DNA from: Candidatus Bathyarchaeia archaeon
GTDB taxonomy: Archaea > Thermoproteota > Bathyarchaeia > Bathyarchaeales > Bathycorpusculaceae
DNA length: 64,000 bases
Direction of reading: 5' to 3'
Assembly (NCBI GenBank): GCA_049521795.1
Contig: JBEKOM010000005.1
Coordinates: forward strand, 32,001 to 96,000
Shown here: piece by piece, positions 30,140-40,346 of the stretch
Numbering within the stretch: position 1 is the first letter of the stretch
How the letters are laid out: each line of letters begins with the position of its first letter
Notes under the pieces: generated by a model
Database searches by the model: none
The model's input: the letters and a program-made list of their open reading frames with translations, nothing else
What the model was told of the DNA's origin: nothing
Position numbers and translations under genes: made by a program

Positions 30140-30736
30140 ATGATAGTCGGCATCTGTGGCAGTCCGAGGAAACAGGCAACGGAACACGTGTTAAGGGAAG
30201 CATTAAACATGCTTGAAAAGAAGGGTTTCCAGACAGAATTCTTCACGGTCAGAGGCAAAAACATCGGCTTTTGTCAGCACTGCGACTATTGCATGAGAAG
30301 CAAAGAGTGCAAGCTGAAGGATGACATGTACACGCTTTATCCTTCACTCAGAGATGCTGAAGGACTGGTATTTGCGACGCCCGTCTACAACGGCGGAATA
30401 AGCGCACAGACAAAAGCGGTCATGGACAGATGCAGGGCTCTGTTTGCAGTTGACAAGAACGCTTTCAGGTGCAAGGTTGGGATGGCCATCGCCGTCGGAG
30501 GAGACAGGGCTGGAGGACAGGAGCTGGCGATCCAGCAGATCATAACGTTCTACGTTTTAAACGGGGTCATTCCAATCAGCGGAGGCGCCTTCGGAGCCAA
30601 CCTCGGTGCAACCTTCTGGTCAAAAGACACGTTGAAAGACGTAAAACAGGATGAAGAAGGCTTCCGAAGTCTGAGAAAAACGGTGACAAAGTTCGCAGAG
30701 TTTCTGAGAGAGTCTGAGGAGAGAAAACGAGTTTAG
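30140..30736 (+). CDS. Iron-sulfur flavoprotein (Isf, flavodoxin family)
   Basis: GSPRK, CQHCDYC.....C...DDM, ATPVY, GGDRAGGQE. Confidence 0.9.
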   Translation: MIVGICGSPRKQATEHVLREALNMLEKKGFQTEFFTVRGKNIGFCQHCDYCMRSKECKLKDDMYTLYPSLRDAEGLVFATPVYNGGISAQTKAVMDRCRALFAVDKNAFRCKVGMAIAVGGDRAGGQELAIQQIITFYVLNGVIPISGGAFGANLGATFWSKDTLKDVKQDEEGFRSLRKTVTKFAEFLRESEERKRV

Positions 30737-30759
30737 GGCGTGGAACCACGAGCGCAGAT

Positions 30760-31338
30760 CTGGCGAAAGCAGAAAAGAAGAGAAAAGTAGCTTGGGGAAT
30801 CACAGGCAGCGGCGACAGACTGGCAGAAACACTCAACGTCATGAAGGAATTAAGAGAGCGATACAAGAACGAGGTTGACATAAGAGTTTTTCTTTCAAAG
30901 GCCGGGGAACAGGTCGTCAGATGGTACAAACTGTACGATCAGCTCAAGCAAAACTTCGAAAAGGTTTGGGTTGAGTTCAATTCTAACTCGCCCTTTCTTG
31001 CCGGCGACTTAGAAGTGCGAGAGTACGAGTTCTTGTTGATTGCGCCTTCAACATCCAACACCGTGGCGAAAATCGCAGCCGGAATATCGGACACGCTGCT
31101 TTGCAACTCGGCGATCATGGCGTTGAAAGCCTCCGTTCCCGTGTATATTATGCCGAGCGATTACAAGGAAGGAGCAGTGGTCACAAGGCTTCCGAACGGA
31201 ACAGATTTCACGTTGAGGGTGAGAAGGGAAGACGCAGAAAACACGAGAAAGCTGGCCAGAATGGACTGCGTGTTCGTGCTTGAAAAACCTGAGGATGTCA
31301 ATCAGGTCTTCATGAAGCACTTCGGACCAAGAGAGTAA
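30760..31338 (+). CDS. afpA: Archaeoflavoprotein AfpA (probable CTG start)
   Basis: In-frame upstream KVAWGITGSGD, LSKAGEQVV.WY, NSNSPFLAG.L, APSTSNTVAKIA.GISDTL, LRVR.ED. Confidence 0.88.
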   Translation: MAKAEKKRKVAWGITGSGDRLAETLNVMKELRERYKNEVDIRVFLSKAGEQVVRWYKLYDQLKQNFEKVWVEFNSNSPFLAGDLEVREYEFLLIAPSTSNTVAKIAAGISDTLLCNSAIMALKASVPVYIMPSDYKEGAVVTRLPNGTDFTLRVRREDAENTRKLARMDCVFVLEKPEDVNQVFMKHFGPRE

Positions 31339-31362
31339 ATGAGAAGCCTTGGTGCATGAACA

Positions 31363-31632
31363 GTGGTCAGCTTTGCAGTGCTCGTGCTCCCGTTGATTGC
31401 CGGATTATTCTCCGGCTACTTGCTCCGCGAAAAAAGGAAAGTTAGCCTCGCCAAAGCCACGCTGGGCATCATTTTGATCCTGATCTTCTCACTTGGATTC
31501 ACCATAGGATCAAACAACGAACTGCTCGGTTCAATGTCTAGCGTCGGGCTCAGCGCGCTTCTAATGGCGTTGCTTGCCATCGGATTCAGCGTGCTTTTTG
31601 TAGCCTTGATAAGAAAACGGGTGAGAATATGA
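31363..31632 (+). CDS. LysO (DUF340) family transporter, N-terminal half
   Basis: LIFSLGFTIGSN..LL....VGL.AL. Confidence 0.75.
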   Translation: MVSFAVLVLPLIAGLFSGYLLREKRKVSLAKATLGIILILIFSLGFTIGSNNELLGSMSSVGLSALLMALLAIGFSVLFVALIRKRVRI

Positions 31633-32237
31633 TTAAATTCATTTTAGCAGCCCTTGCGATCGGAGTGGTTGCGGGCTACGTAAACAACAATCTGGCGACC
31701 TTCGTTGCGAGCAGCTGGGTTACCGATTACTTGTTCTACGCTTCTCTTTTGGTGTTGCTTTTCGTGATGGGACTGTCGTTTGGAATTGATAAGGAGGCTG
31801 TAGCCAAGCTGAGGAGCAAGGGCCTCAAGATCCTTGTCGTTCCCGTCGTTGTTGCTTTGGGAAGCATCCTTGGTGGGCTGATCGGCGGGTTGATTCTCAG
31901 ACTAGACATATATGCGTCTATGGCCGTAACCGCCGGGTACGGTTGGTACACCTTGACGGGCCCCTTGATTAAACCGATTCTAGGAACTCAATGGGCCGCT
32001 ATGGGGTTTGCAGTCAACTTCTTGAGAGAACTGCTGACGATAATCACGGTCTCATTGATGGTGAAAGTTGACAAGTATGCGCCGATCGCTTCTGGCGGCG
32101 CAACAACGATGGACACAACGTTGCCTGTGATCGTGCGCTACTGCGGATCTGACGTGTTGATAACGGCTTTTTCAAGCGGTTTCACGCTAACCATGATCGC
32201 ACCTTTCACAGTAGTGGCATTGGCCTCGTTGAAGTAG
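31629..32237 (+). CDS. LysO family lysine exporter, C-terminal half
   Basis: AGYGWYTLTG, N..RE, GGATTMDTTLP. Confidence 0.9.
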   Translation: MIKFILAALAIGVVAGYVNNNLATFVASSWVTDYLFYASLLVLLFVMGLSFGIDKEAVAKLRSKGLKILVVPVVVALGSILGGLIGGLILRLDIYASMAVTAGYGWYTLTGPLIKPILGTQWAAMGFAVNFLRELLTIITVSLMVKVDKYAPIASGGATTMDTTLPVIVRYCGSDVLITAFSSGFTLTMIAPFTVVALASLK

Positions 32238-32352
32238 CACAGCGCCGGTTATTTTCGATTAAGGTACATGACTAGGATACTGTAAAATTGGCGCGAGCTG
32301 ATGAAATAATTAATCTTAAATAGGGTCTGAGAATTTTATGCTTTGAATACTT

Positions 32353-32553
32353 ATGGTGACTGGTATCTTCCCAGCTGTTGGTTTTACGCTTACAGTAATA
32401 GGCTTGATTCTTATATTAAGAGCAACGGGGATGGTTAATAGAAGTAGCCCATTTTTTACGCGCAGAATTAGAATCGGTGGATTCCTGTTGTTTGTGGGCG
32501 TAATAATCATCGTTCTCAGTTTAGCCCTCGATCGATCGTTCTGGGTAACTTGA
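32353..32553 (+). CDS. Small two-TM hypothetical protein
   Basis: Two hydrophobic helices, 66 aa. Confidence 0.5.
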   Translation: MVTGIFPAVGFTLTVIGLILILRATGMVNRSSPFFTRRIRIGGFLLFVGVIIIVLSLALDRSFWVT

Positions 32554-32629
32554 CTTGACAGAACCCACAGCCCCAAATAGTTTTAAGTACATGCTATGAT
32601 TTGACGGAATATCCACGGCGCGTGGCAGT

Positions 32630-33778
32630 ATGAGCTTCGATTTCAAGCGAAGACTGGTCAGCCTTCAAGAAAGGATGGAAGATCTCGACTTAGACCTAGT
32701 TGTGTACGGGTCATGCCAGAATTTCCAATATTTGACAGGACTCTTGTTCGACTGGCGTCATGGAACAGACCTTGCAAGCCAAGCAAACAACATCTTTGTA
32801 CCTAGAAAGGGGCAACCGATTCTCACACTTGGCGAGGAATGGTCAGAACAAGCTGCTCAGACCTGGGTAAAAGAAGTCAGGTCGCTGGAAGAGAAAGACA
32901 GTTTTGAGAAACTGGTTCGAAAAGTCATATCAGACTTAGAATCGAACGTGAAGAAAGTTGGAATTGGAGACCACGTCTGGGGGTCAACAGTCATAGAAAT
33001 CGCGAAAGCGGTGAAAAGCAGGGTTTTCTTCAAGGCCGAACATCTCATGGACCATGTTAGGATGATCAAGGATTCTGGAGAAGTCTCCAGGCTGAGGAAG
33101 GTCGCGGAGCTGACTGACAGAGCGGTCGAGGCAGTCACGCAGAAGATTAAGGAAGGTGTGACTCAGCGACAGATGCAGCTCGATGTCGAGTTTGAGGGCA
33201 GACGTTTTGGGGCGTCAGACGTTTCCTTCCCCGCTACGGTTGGATTCGTCAAGTCTGGGTCAGAGATTTCGCCCGACCCTTTTACTTACCCGAAAGAGAA
33301 GGGTTTGGTGCTGGGCACTTCGATAGCTTTTGACGTGGGGTTCGTGTTTGACGGGTACTGCTCCGACTTTGGGAGAAGCTTCTACTTTGGACCTGCTGGC
33401 AGAGAGGTGAAGAAAGGATACGAAGCTTTGCAACAGTCAGTTGTCGAAACGGTGGAAAAAATGAAGAAAGGAAGCATGCGTGTCTGCGATGTCTTCCCAG
33501 CAATAGAAAAGACTCTGGACAGGTTGGGTTACGGTGATTACTTGCGCGCTCGTTTACAGACGAAATCAGTCGGACACAACATTGGTGTTGAAGTGCATGA
33601 GCCCCCATGGCTTAGCCCTGAGTATGGCGAAAGACTGCAATCGAACATGGTAATGGCCTTAGAGCCTAAGATCTGGCACAAAGGCGAATACTATCTTCGA
33701 GTAGAAGATATGGTACTAGTGGGACCACGAAAGATCGAATTCTTGACGAACTTCGACAGAAAACTCTTCCAGTTGTAA
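32630..33778 (+). CDS. Xaa-Pro peptidase (M24 family)
   Basis: RMIKD..E, DVG....GYCSDFGR, GHNIGVEVHEPP, LEP, RVEDMV. Confidence 0.92.
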   Translation: MSFDFKRRLVSLQERMEDLDLDLVVYGSCQNFQYLTGLLFDWRHGTDLASQANNIFVPRKGQPILTLGEEWSEQAAQTWVKEVRSLEEKDSFEKLVRKVISDLESNVKKVGIGDHVWGSTVIEIAKAVKSRVFFKAEHLMDHVRMIKDSGEVSRLRKVAELTDRAVEAVTQKIKEGVTQRQMQLDVEFEGRRFGASDVSFPATVGFVKSGSEISPDPFTYPKEKGLVLGTSIAFDVGFVFDGYCSDFGRSFYFGPAGREVKKGYEALQQSVVETVEKMKKGSMRVCDVFPAIEKTLDRLGYGDYLRARLQTKSVGHNIGVEVHEPPWLSPEYGERLQSNMVMALEPKIWHKGEYYLRVEDMVLVGPRKIEFLTNFDRKLFQL

Positions 33779-33819
33779 CGCGGCCGTTCTAGACGCGTGA
33801 AGAGGAGAGGTGAGTCGAA

Positions 33820-34413
33820 ATGACTGAGGAAAAAGGAAATCTAGAAGAAGAGTTGAAACCATTTAGGGATCTGATTCCGAGCGACGTGGAGAAAGAACTG
33901 AAAAAGGCGATAAGAGAGAATGACGGAGACAAAATCAAGACTTTGCTTGAAGAAAAAATCAACCCTATACTTGACAGCTACGCAGCGAAAATCAAGAACC
34001 CTGACCTCAATGAGGGAGAACAAACCTTGTGGGTTCACGAAGTCACAAGAGGAATTTTTCACAAAGAGACAGTTGAAAAGTGGACCATTACAAATTTGAG
34101 AGCTATGAAGTATTATCCGGTGACTGAAGAAAACCCGACACAGCGTTTAGACTCCGTCGGCCTCGCCGTCTGTGAAACAGTAATCATGAATCAGCGTAGG
34201 GTCTCCAAGGGACAGCGTGTTGGCAACTTCACAGGAGTGTCCAGCGGCGTTCTTGTAGGCACAAGCGTGGGCTCCAGCACAAGTACAAGCACAACTTACG
34301 GAGATCTGGTTTTCTTTGTCAAGGGCACAGAAAAGCTTTGTTTTCCACGTATCAGTGATCCCCATGGCGTTCAACATATGATTCAAACCATCAAAAAGCA
34401 AAGCAAGCGTTAA
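33820..34413 (+). CDS. Hypothetical protein (possible PH-like C-terminal domain)
   Basis: 197-aa ORF with GGTGA RBS; ITN.R ... GDLVF ... I.DP pattern. Confidence 0.7.
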   Translation: MTEEKGNLEEELKPFRDLIPSDVEKELKKAIRENDGDKIKTLLEEKINPILDSYAAKIKNPDLNEGEQTLWVHEVTRGIFHKETVEKWTITNLRAMKYYPVTEENPTQRLDSVGLAVCETVIMNQRRVSKGQRVGNFTGVSSGVLVGTSVGSSTSTSTTYGDLVFFVKGTEKLCFPRISDPHGVQHMIQTIKKQSKR

Positions 34414-34799
34414 GCCTCGACCCTGACCTTTCCTGCTTTGGTCTCTTGCACCAGTTCTTTCAGCGATTCCAAATCCTTCTCACTGATGCCAAATATCCCA
34501 GTTTCAGCAGGGTTGGTTCAGCGCGGGCACGAGACCTGCGTTTCCGAGCTGTGCATGCCCAAGCCTTGTTGAGTTACAAGAAGAGAAAGGCATCTTAACA
34601 CAAGCAGAATATGAAAAACGAATCATGGAAAAAGTCAAAATCAAATAGTCAAAGACGTTAAAAGCAAAGGATTAAAATTAGGTGGAAATGCTTGAGCAGA
34701 AAAATGATGTGTTCCTTCTAGGAGTTGCGGGTGACGGGGAAACCCACAACAAAAGGCGGCGTAAAAAATGGGAAGTTCTTTTTCATTACCTCGCACGTG

Positions 34800-35192
34800 C
34801 TACTTCTTGGCAGCCTTGCTAACGTATGCGCCTATTTGTTCTGTCTCTTTAGCGAAGGTCTCGTAGGAGTAGTTTTGGGCGTGAATCATGGCGCTCCACC
34901 TAGAAGTGTAGCTGGCCAAAAATGCAATCTCTGCAAATTCCTCCTTCGTGGCACCGTACATTTTGGCTACGCTCATGTGGAAGAGCTGGCAGTACGGGCA
35001 TTTTATGTTGGCTGCAACTGCTAATCCCATCAGCTCCCTGTACTTCGCGGGTATCTTACTCTCCCCCAAGGTGTACTTTTTGAAAAGAGGCCAGTCATGT
35101 ACAAGGACATCCTTTGGTAGAGCTTCCATGAAGCCCGGAACAATACCGAGGCTTTTCTTAATGTCACTCAGCGTATCTTCATATTCTCCCAT
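34800..35192 (-). CDS. Carboxymuconolactone decarboxylase/AhpD family protein
   Basis: KYRELMGLAVAANIKCPYCQLFH...A...GAT.EE. Confidence 0.9.
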   Translation of the reverse strand: MGEYEDTLSDIKKSLGIVPGFMEALPKDVLVHDWPLFKKYTLGESKIPAKYRELMGLAVAANIKCPYCQLFHMSVAKMYGATKEEFAEIAFLASYTSRWSAMIHAQNYSYETFAKETEQIGAYVSKAAKK

Positions 35193-35393
35193 TGTGTCTC
35201 ACCTCCGATTTTGAGTGATTTACATCCGATAACTCACTTTTAAACGCCTATCGGTCAGGAACTACAGTACCGAAATGCATATAGCACGATCGGATAACCC
35301 GCGCTTGCGAAAGAAGGAACGCAGACTATCATGTTGGGTAACTTAACTTAGCAGTACCCTCATGCCCAAAGGCTTATTAGCGGATGTATTTCC

Positions 35394-36518
35394 GTGGTAT
35401 CCATGGAATCTGCTAACATTGTGATCATAGGAGCAGGCGTCGTAGGTCTGGCTGTTGCAGCCAGCGTTTCTGAGCATAGTGACGGCGTGTATGTTTTTGA
35501 GAAGAACGCGCGGTACGGCCAAGAGACAAGCAGCCACAACAGTGCCGTCATCCATTCGGGCATTCATTACCGTAACAATTCTTTGAAAGCGAAGCTGTGC
35601 GTGAAAGGAAACAGGATGCTGTACGAGCTTTGCGAGAAATATCAGATTCCCTTCAAGAGGCTGGGCAAGCTGACCGTGGCCATTGGGGAAGAAGAGGTAG
35701 ACGAGCTTGACAAGCTGATGAGGATGGGCACGGACAACGGTGCGCAAGGCTTAAGGTTCTTGGACGGAGAAGATGTTAAGAAGTTGGAATCGAACGTTGA
35801 GGTTGAGAAGGCTCTTCTCTCACCATCAACCGGCATAATTGAGCCAGATGAGCTGATGAATCATTTCTATGCGCGCATGCGCAAGAACAACGCGGTCTTG
35901 TCAACGGAGACTGAGCTTCAAAGCTTGAAGAAGGTCAACGATGGTTACGAACTGGGGGGAGTGAGCATGGGTGAGAAGTTTCACGTTACCGCCAAGACCG
36001 TGGTGAACTGTGCTGGGCTGTATTCCGACAGAGTTGCAGCCATGGCAGGGCTGGACGTGGACAAGATTGGCTACAGGCTTTACCCGTGTAAGGGAGACTA
36101 TTTCAGAGTGGCTGGAAAACCTCTCGTCAAGATGCTTGTTTATCCAGTTCCGAAAGGGCCCGGCCTAGGCATCCATCTGACGCCCGACCTAGGCGGGTCG
36201 ATTAGGCTGGGACCGAACGCTTACTACGTTGACAAGATTGACTACACCGTCGAGTCCAACGAGAAAGAGTTTCGAGAAGACGTGACACGGTTTGTGCCGA
36301 AGATCCGCGATTATCAGATTCATGAGGATTCTTCTGGCATAAGACCGAAGCTTGAGGGGCCAAACGACGGTTTTAAGGATTTTGTCATAAGACACGAGGC
36401 TGACCGAGGCCTTTTCGGTTTCATCAACCTAGTCGGAATAGAGTCCCCAGGACTGACAGCCGCTCCGGCAATAGGCGAGCTTGTCGCTGATTTAATAGAG
36501 AGCGAAATCAAGAAATAA
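35394..36518 (+). CDS. FAD-dependent oxidoreductase (L-2-hydroxyglutarate oxidase LhgO-like)
   Basis: IIGAGVVG, ETSSHNS.VIHSG, NCAGLYSD, LGIHLT, GIRPKL, GIESPGLT. Confidence 0.9.
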   Translation: MVSMESANIVIIGAGVVGLAVAASVSEHSDGVYVFEKNARYGQETSSHNSAVIHSGIHYRNNSLKAKLCVKGNRMLYELCEKYQIPFKRLGKLTVAIGEEEVDELDKLMRMGTDNGAQGLRFLDGEDVKKLESNVEVEKALLSPSTGIIEPDELMNHFYARMRKNNAVLSTETELQSLKKVNDGYELGGVSMGEKFHVTAKTVVNCAGLYSDRVAAMAGLDVDKIGYRLYPCKGDYFRVAGKPLVKMLVYPVPKGPGLGIHLTPDLGGSIRLGPNAYYVDKIDYTVESNEKEFREDVTRFVPKIRDYQIHEDSSGIRPKLEGPNDGFKDFVIRHEADRGLFGFINLVGIESPGLTAAPAIGELVADLIESEIKK

Positions 36519-36561
36519 GGCCCCAATTGGCACTGACATCCGGAGCGAAAGTGGGATAATG

Positions 36562-36966
36562 CTAATCAAATGTGCGCGCGTTTGCCCTGCCAAAGATTAA
36601 AAAGGCGATGCTGGAGTAAATCGGGTAGAACCATTCGACTGCAATCCAGTAGCCTTTCGACATAGTTATTTGCAGGTTTAAGACAAGGGCAACATCATCC
36701 AGGCTGATTAATACGAGAGCGAAAAGATACGAAAGAAACACCAGCGTCGTAACTACGTTGAATCTTAAGCCACCCTTTACTTTGCCATAGAGCATGAAAA
36801 CCACGATTGAGGCAAGCGCGTACAGGACATCAAGGGGCTTCCAGAAGGCATGTCCAAAAATCATATCCAGATTTCCAACTGAGCCTACTAAATGTGCATC
36901 TCCAAAAGTAAGTAAAATTAGAAGTATGCCAAAAGTAAGCGCTATAATTTCGCTTTTCAAACCCAT
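36562..36966 (-). CDS. Hypothetical 4-TM membrane protein
   Basis: Four hydrophobic segments. Confidence 0.7.
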   Translation of the reverse strand: MGLKSEIIALTFGILLILLTFGDAHLVGSVGNLDMIFGHAFWKPLDVLYALASIVVFMLYGKVKGGLRFNVVTTLVFLSYLFALVLISLDDVALVLNLQITMSKGYWIAVEWFYPIYSSIAFLIFGRANARTFD

Positions 36967-36969
36967 ATT

Positions 36970-37194
36970 TCAATAACCCGAGCGTAAAAGCAACACAGCA
37001 ATACTGTTAAGTCTTTTGCGATGCTCTGCCAAAAATAAGCCGCGATGCTTGAGTTCTACCTCAAGAGTTATCTGAAGTTTCTTCATCCTTTTCCATACAG
37101 CTTTTCTCTCTCCATTGAAAAGTTCATTCTCTATTTTGGAATCTGTAAAAGCAGCAAAATCGCTCTGCGAAAAACCAGTAAATGAATCGCCCAT
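36970..37194 (-). pseudogene. Short ORF, probably a truncated N-terminal fragment (FTGF...DF.AF start)
   Basis: 74 aa; the protein-like N-terminus degenerates quickly. Confidence 0.35.
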
Positions 37195-37297
37195 CAGATA
37201 TCCTTACCGCTAATTGTTCTGTATCGATAATTTGATTCTTAAGACTTTAGCTCACAATTGGACTCAAAGAAATATTGAAGAAACAAACGTTGCCAAA

Positions 37298-38218
37298 TCA
37301 TCGGATAGAATCAAGTAGCAAGGAGGTGAAATGATCGTTAACCTTAGAAAAGAAATGGTTCATCTTAGAATATAGAATGGGTATGTCCGGAAAATCTCTC
37401 CCGTAGGTTTTTCTGATTTGTTTCACCCTTTCAGACTCATGTGGTTCCATTTTGATAACCTTCTTTTCAAAAAGGGACAACAGCCCAAAAAAACTCTTTT
37501 CGTTAGCTAAACCTAGATAAATCGGAGCATATTTGTCTCGCAGTGCATACAGCTCATCCTTAGTTTTTTCGGAGTACCTGAACCTGCTAATTTTCAGTTT
37601 ACTCGAAGAACTGGAGTATCCCCAAAATCGTGCGACGATTTCATGTTGGATCAAGTCGTCTCGAACATCTTTCAAATCAGGAATGTACCACGATGTAGCC
37701 TCTGTAAGTATTTTGCAGTATCCATCGTCATCAATGTTGGTGTTTTCAGGATTCAAAAAGAAGTTAATGTGATCATGGAAGCTTCTGAAGGGAATATTTC
37801 TCGTATGCTTTACGCTTTCTTCATCCTTAGAGGTCAGAATTAGAAGTTCCCTTGCAAGTTTGGAAAATTTTTCCATCAAAATATGACCATGCAGGAACCA
37901 ATCCTCCATATCCAAGTTTAGGAGGCACCATTGCTGACTGTATCTTTCAAGAATCTGTGTTTCTTCGGAAGTTGGCGACCGTCTTTCTGCTGCTGGATCA
38001 AGCAACTCTGCCTGAATTTTCCAGTATTGATTCTGAAGTTCGGCATCCTCGAGAATGCGAGTCCATATTTTGGGTAAGAAAACATGGGTCATGCCAAAAG
38101 ACCTGTGAGACATAGTCAAAGTCGCAGTCTTTTCACGACCTAACTGTTTGTAGAGTACTCGAACGATTTCTGATAGTGAATTTTTCTCGTTCAATTCCTC
38201 AAGTTCTTTGGGAAACAA
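37298..38218 (-). CDS. Hypothetical protein with HEPN-like R-x5-H motif
   Basis: DLKDVRDDLIQHE in an all-helical context; AT-rich. Confidence 0.65.
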   Translation of the reverse strand: MFPKELEELNEKNSLSEIVRVLYKQLGREKTATLTMSHRSFGMTHVFLPKIWTRILEDAELQNQYWKIQAELLDPAAERRSPTSEETQILERYSQQWCLLNLDMEDWFLHGHILMEKFSKLARELLILTSKDEESVKHTRNIPFRSFHDHINFFLNPENTNIDDDGYCKILTEATSWYIPDLKDVRDDLIQHEIVARFWGYSSSSSKLKISRFRYSEKTKDELYALRDKYAPIYLGLANEKSFFGLLSLFEKKVIKMEPHESERVKQIRKTYGRDFPDIPILYSKMNHFFSKVNDHFTSLLLDSIR

Positions 38219-38386
38219 ATAACGCCCTAGAACTAAGTACCTCTTTCAATATATAGAACATTACCATTTCCATTTTTTCCAAATGAGTAAGTTAAAATCG
38301 AGAGCTAAAGTTACTTTCAAAATTGTGCAGTTGGGCGGGTTTTTTTTCCAGTTTTAATATTAGATTAAGAAGACTAATTCGTTGTC

Positions 38387-38587
38387 TTGGCGACAAAAAT
38401 GGAAGAAAAGCGAACTGATAAGCAAGCAAGTCCTATACTCGATGTGCCAACACCGAACGATCAGAGGTCCATCGTGTTTAATTCAACAAGTCCAGCGTTC
38501 AAAGCAGCTCTTGACAATCGCAGCACACAACTTAACCCCAACAGTCAGGCCTACCGCTCTTCACGGGGAGGTGGCCGCAAGAAGTAG
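38387..38587 (+). CDS. Small protein with DNRS.QLNPN...Y.SSR motif
   Basis: 66 aa; TTTAATA TATA-like box upstream and a terminator directly downstream. Confidence 0.7.
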   Translation: MATKMEEKRTDKQASPILDVPTPNDQRSIVFNSTSPAFKAALDNRSTQLNPNSQAYRSSRGGGRKK

Positions 38588-38591
38588 GCAT

Positions 38592-38616
38592 AGGAGGCAA
38601 AAAGCCTCCTTTTTTT
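38592..38616 (+). terminator. Hairpin plus U-tract terminator
   Basis: AGGAGGC-AAAAA-GCCTCCT followed by TTTTTT, just after the small ORF stop. Confidence 0.75.
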
Positions 38617-38619
38617 CTA

Positions 38620-40137
38620 TTGTTAGAGGAATCGCTATTGGAAGATGTTAACAAAACTGAACGGAAGGAGATAATGCTTGCAATTATTGAGGCTTTCGAC
38701 AAATACGCAAAAAGATATAATGAAAGGTTTAACAAAGAGTTGGAGTCAAAGACAGCTGAAGAAAAACGTCAGCTGCAAGAAATGTATAAAAAAGTTGATA
38801 TGCTTCTCTCCAAAAGAGCCTTCATTCCAGGTTTTTCCAGATATGTTTTGAGGAACGCTATGAACAATCGAAGGCTGATTCGGCATCGTAAGGTGCTTGT
38901 CAACGCATTTATGATTTCCATGATAAACCGGGAAGGCTTCATGATTAAGGATATCAAAGAAAGAACAGAAGAAAAAACGAGTCTAATGAAAGTGGGTGAA
39001 CCGAACAAAGCTTATACCCGGAGAACTGACCAGCAAATTCTTAATGAACGCTGGCAAGATGCCATCTTCAAACGAGAAAAATCATCGAAGGAAAGCGCAA
39101 TGGACGATAGGTTCAGACCCTCATCAAGTGTTTTTGCCACCGCCAAACCACCTTCTACTCCACAGTCCTACTTAGCTGATGAACAATACGAGGCACTCTT
39201 CAACTACTCTCTTTCAAATGAATATGTTATGGAGTGGTTGACTTACTCAGCCACAATGCAGACAGTTATGCCTGAAGTCTTAACGGATCAGCTTTTGCTT
39301 AGGGAAGAAAGTCTTAAGGTCATAGTGCATGAATTGCAGAGAACCGCCCAAGAGCTAAGGAAAGTCCGAAAAGAATACCGGAAAGAAAAGCTAAGGGAGC
39401 GTGAAAAGCGCGCGAAGTTTTTCCAGTCGGAAGTTGACAATTTTTCGCCGATTTTCTTGGAGTTCTATTTTCACTTTGCCTCCTTGTTGGCGTGGGAATG
39501 GTTCCGTAGTCGTCGACCCGAAAACGTGAAGTCACTACTTGCCCGAGGTTTTCCGCTTCGATTTACATCTACAGATATCGTTAATGCACGAAAGTTGTTG
39601 TTGAGGCAGACCCACTCTGAAGATCATGCTGACTCAATATTGAGAGCAGCATTGCGTGAATATGCTTTTGCCGAAAAATCATTTGCGCGATTTAAGCAGT
39701 GCTTAGAAGCAAGTGGATTGCACGAATTAGATTGTGGGATAGTTCTCGAGAACATAGCGACCGTTCACCGTGACAACAAGAACTACAAACTCATGCGTAT
39801 CTGCTTGAAGACCGCTCTTCAACATTATGAGAAATCTGGAGAGTCCTATCGAGTTTGCGTAGCACTAAAGAATATGGGTGAAGCAGAGTGGTACATGGGT
39901 TACAAGAACAAAGCTCTAAGATACTTTACACAATCAGAAAACAGAAGTAATGCTCTGAACGATCCCATTCAGCATTTCAAGGTCTTAGGAAATTTGGCGG
40001 CCGCTTCCAAGAGAATAGGTGATTTGAAACTTGAACGTAAGTACCTAATGAAATATTTAGCAGCGTGTCCGCAGGAAGATACAGAAACGATGCTTCAAAT
40101 AGAAAACCGGTTGGAACAGCTAGACAAGTACTTCTAA
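38620..40137 (+). CDS. Hypothetical protein with C-terminal TPR repeats
   Basis: VLENIATVHR, ALKNMGEAEW.MG...KAL.YF and VLGNLAAAS..IGD are TPR-like helices. Confidence 0.75.
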   Translation: MLEESLLEDVNKTERKEIMLAIIEAFDKYAKRYNERFNKELESKTAEEKRQLQEMYKKVDMLLSKRAFIPGFSRYVLRNAMNNRRLIRHRKVLVNAFMISMINREGFMIKDIKERTEEKTSLMKVGEPNKAYTRRTDQQILNERWQDAIFKREKSSKESAMDDRFRPSSSVFATAKPPSTPQSYLADEQYEALFNYSLSNEYVMEWLTYSATMQTVMPEVLTDQLLLREESLKVIVHELQRTAQELRKVRKEYRKEKLREREKRAKFFQSEVDNFSPIFLEFYFHFASLLAWEWFRSRRPENVKSLLARGFPLRFTSTDIVNARKLLLRQTHSEDHADSILRAALREYAFAEKSFARFKQCLEASGLHELDCGIVLENIATVHRDNKNYKLMRICLKTALQHYEKSGESYRVCVALKNMGEAEWYMGYKNKALRYFTQSENRSNALNDPIQHFKVLGNLAAASKRIGDLKLERKYLMKYLAACPQEDTETMLQIENRLEQLDKYF

Positions 40138-40346
40138 TTTTGTGTAAACCATAAGAAATCGACTCCGAAGCCGCTTTAGTGACGACAGTTTTTTTTGCTG
40201 CCCCGGTCCATTGAATTAGTTCTAATTCCGATTTTCTGAGAACCGAGAATTAGTGGGTTGCGCACTTTCATGCGGAAGAAACAAATTCACAATCCAGCAC
40301 TAGAACTACTATATGAAAACATTGGTTGATCGTGAGGGGCACGAAA

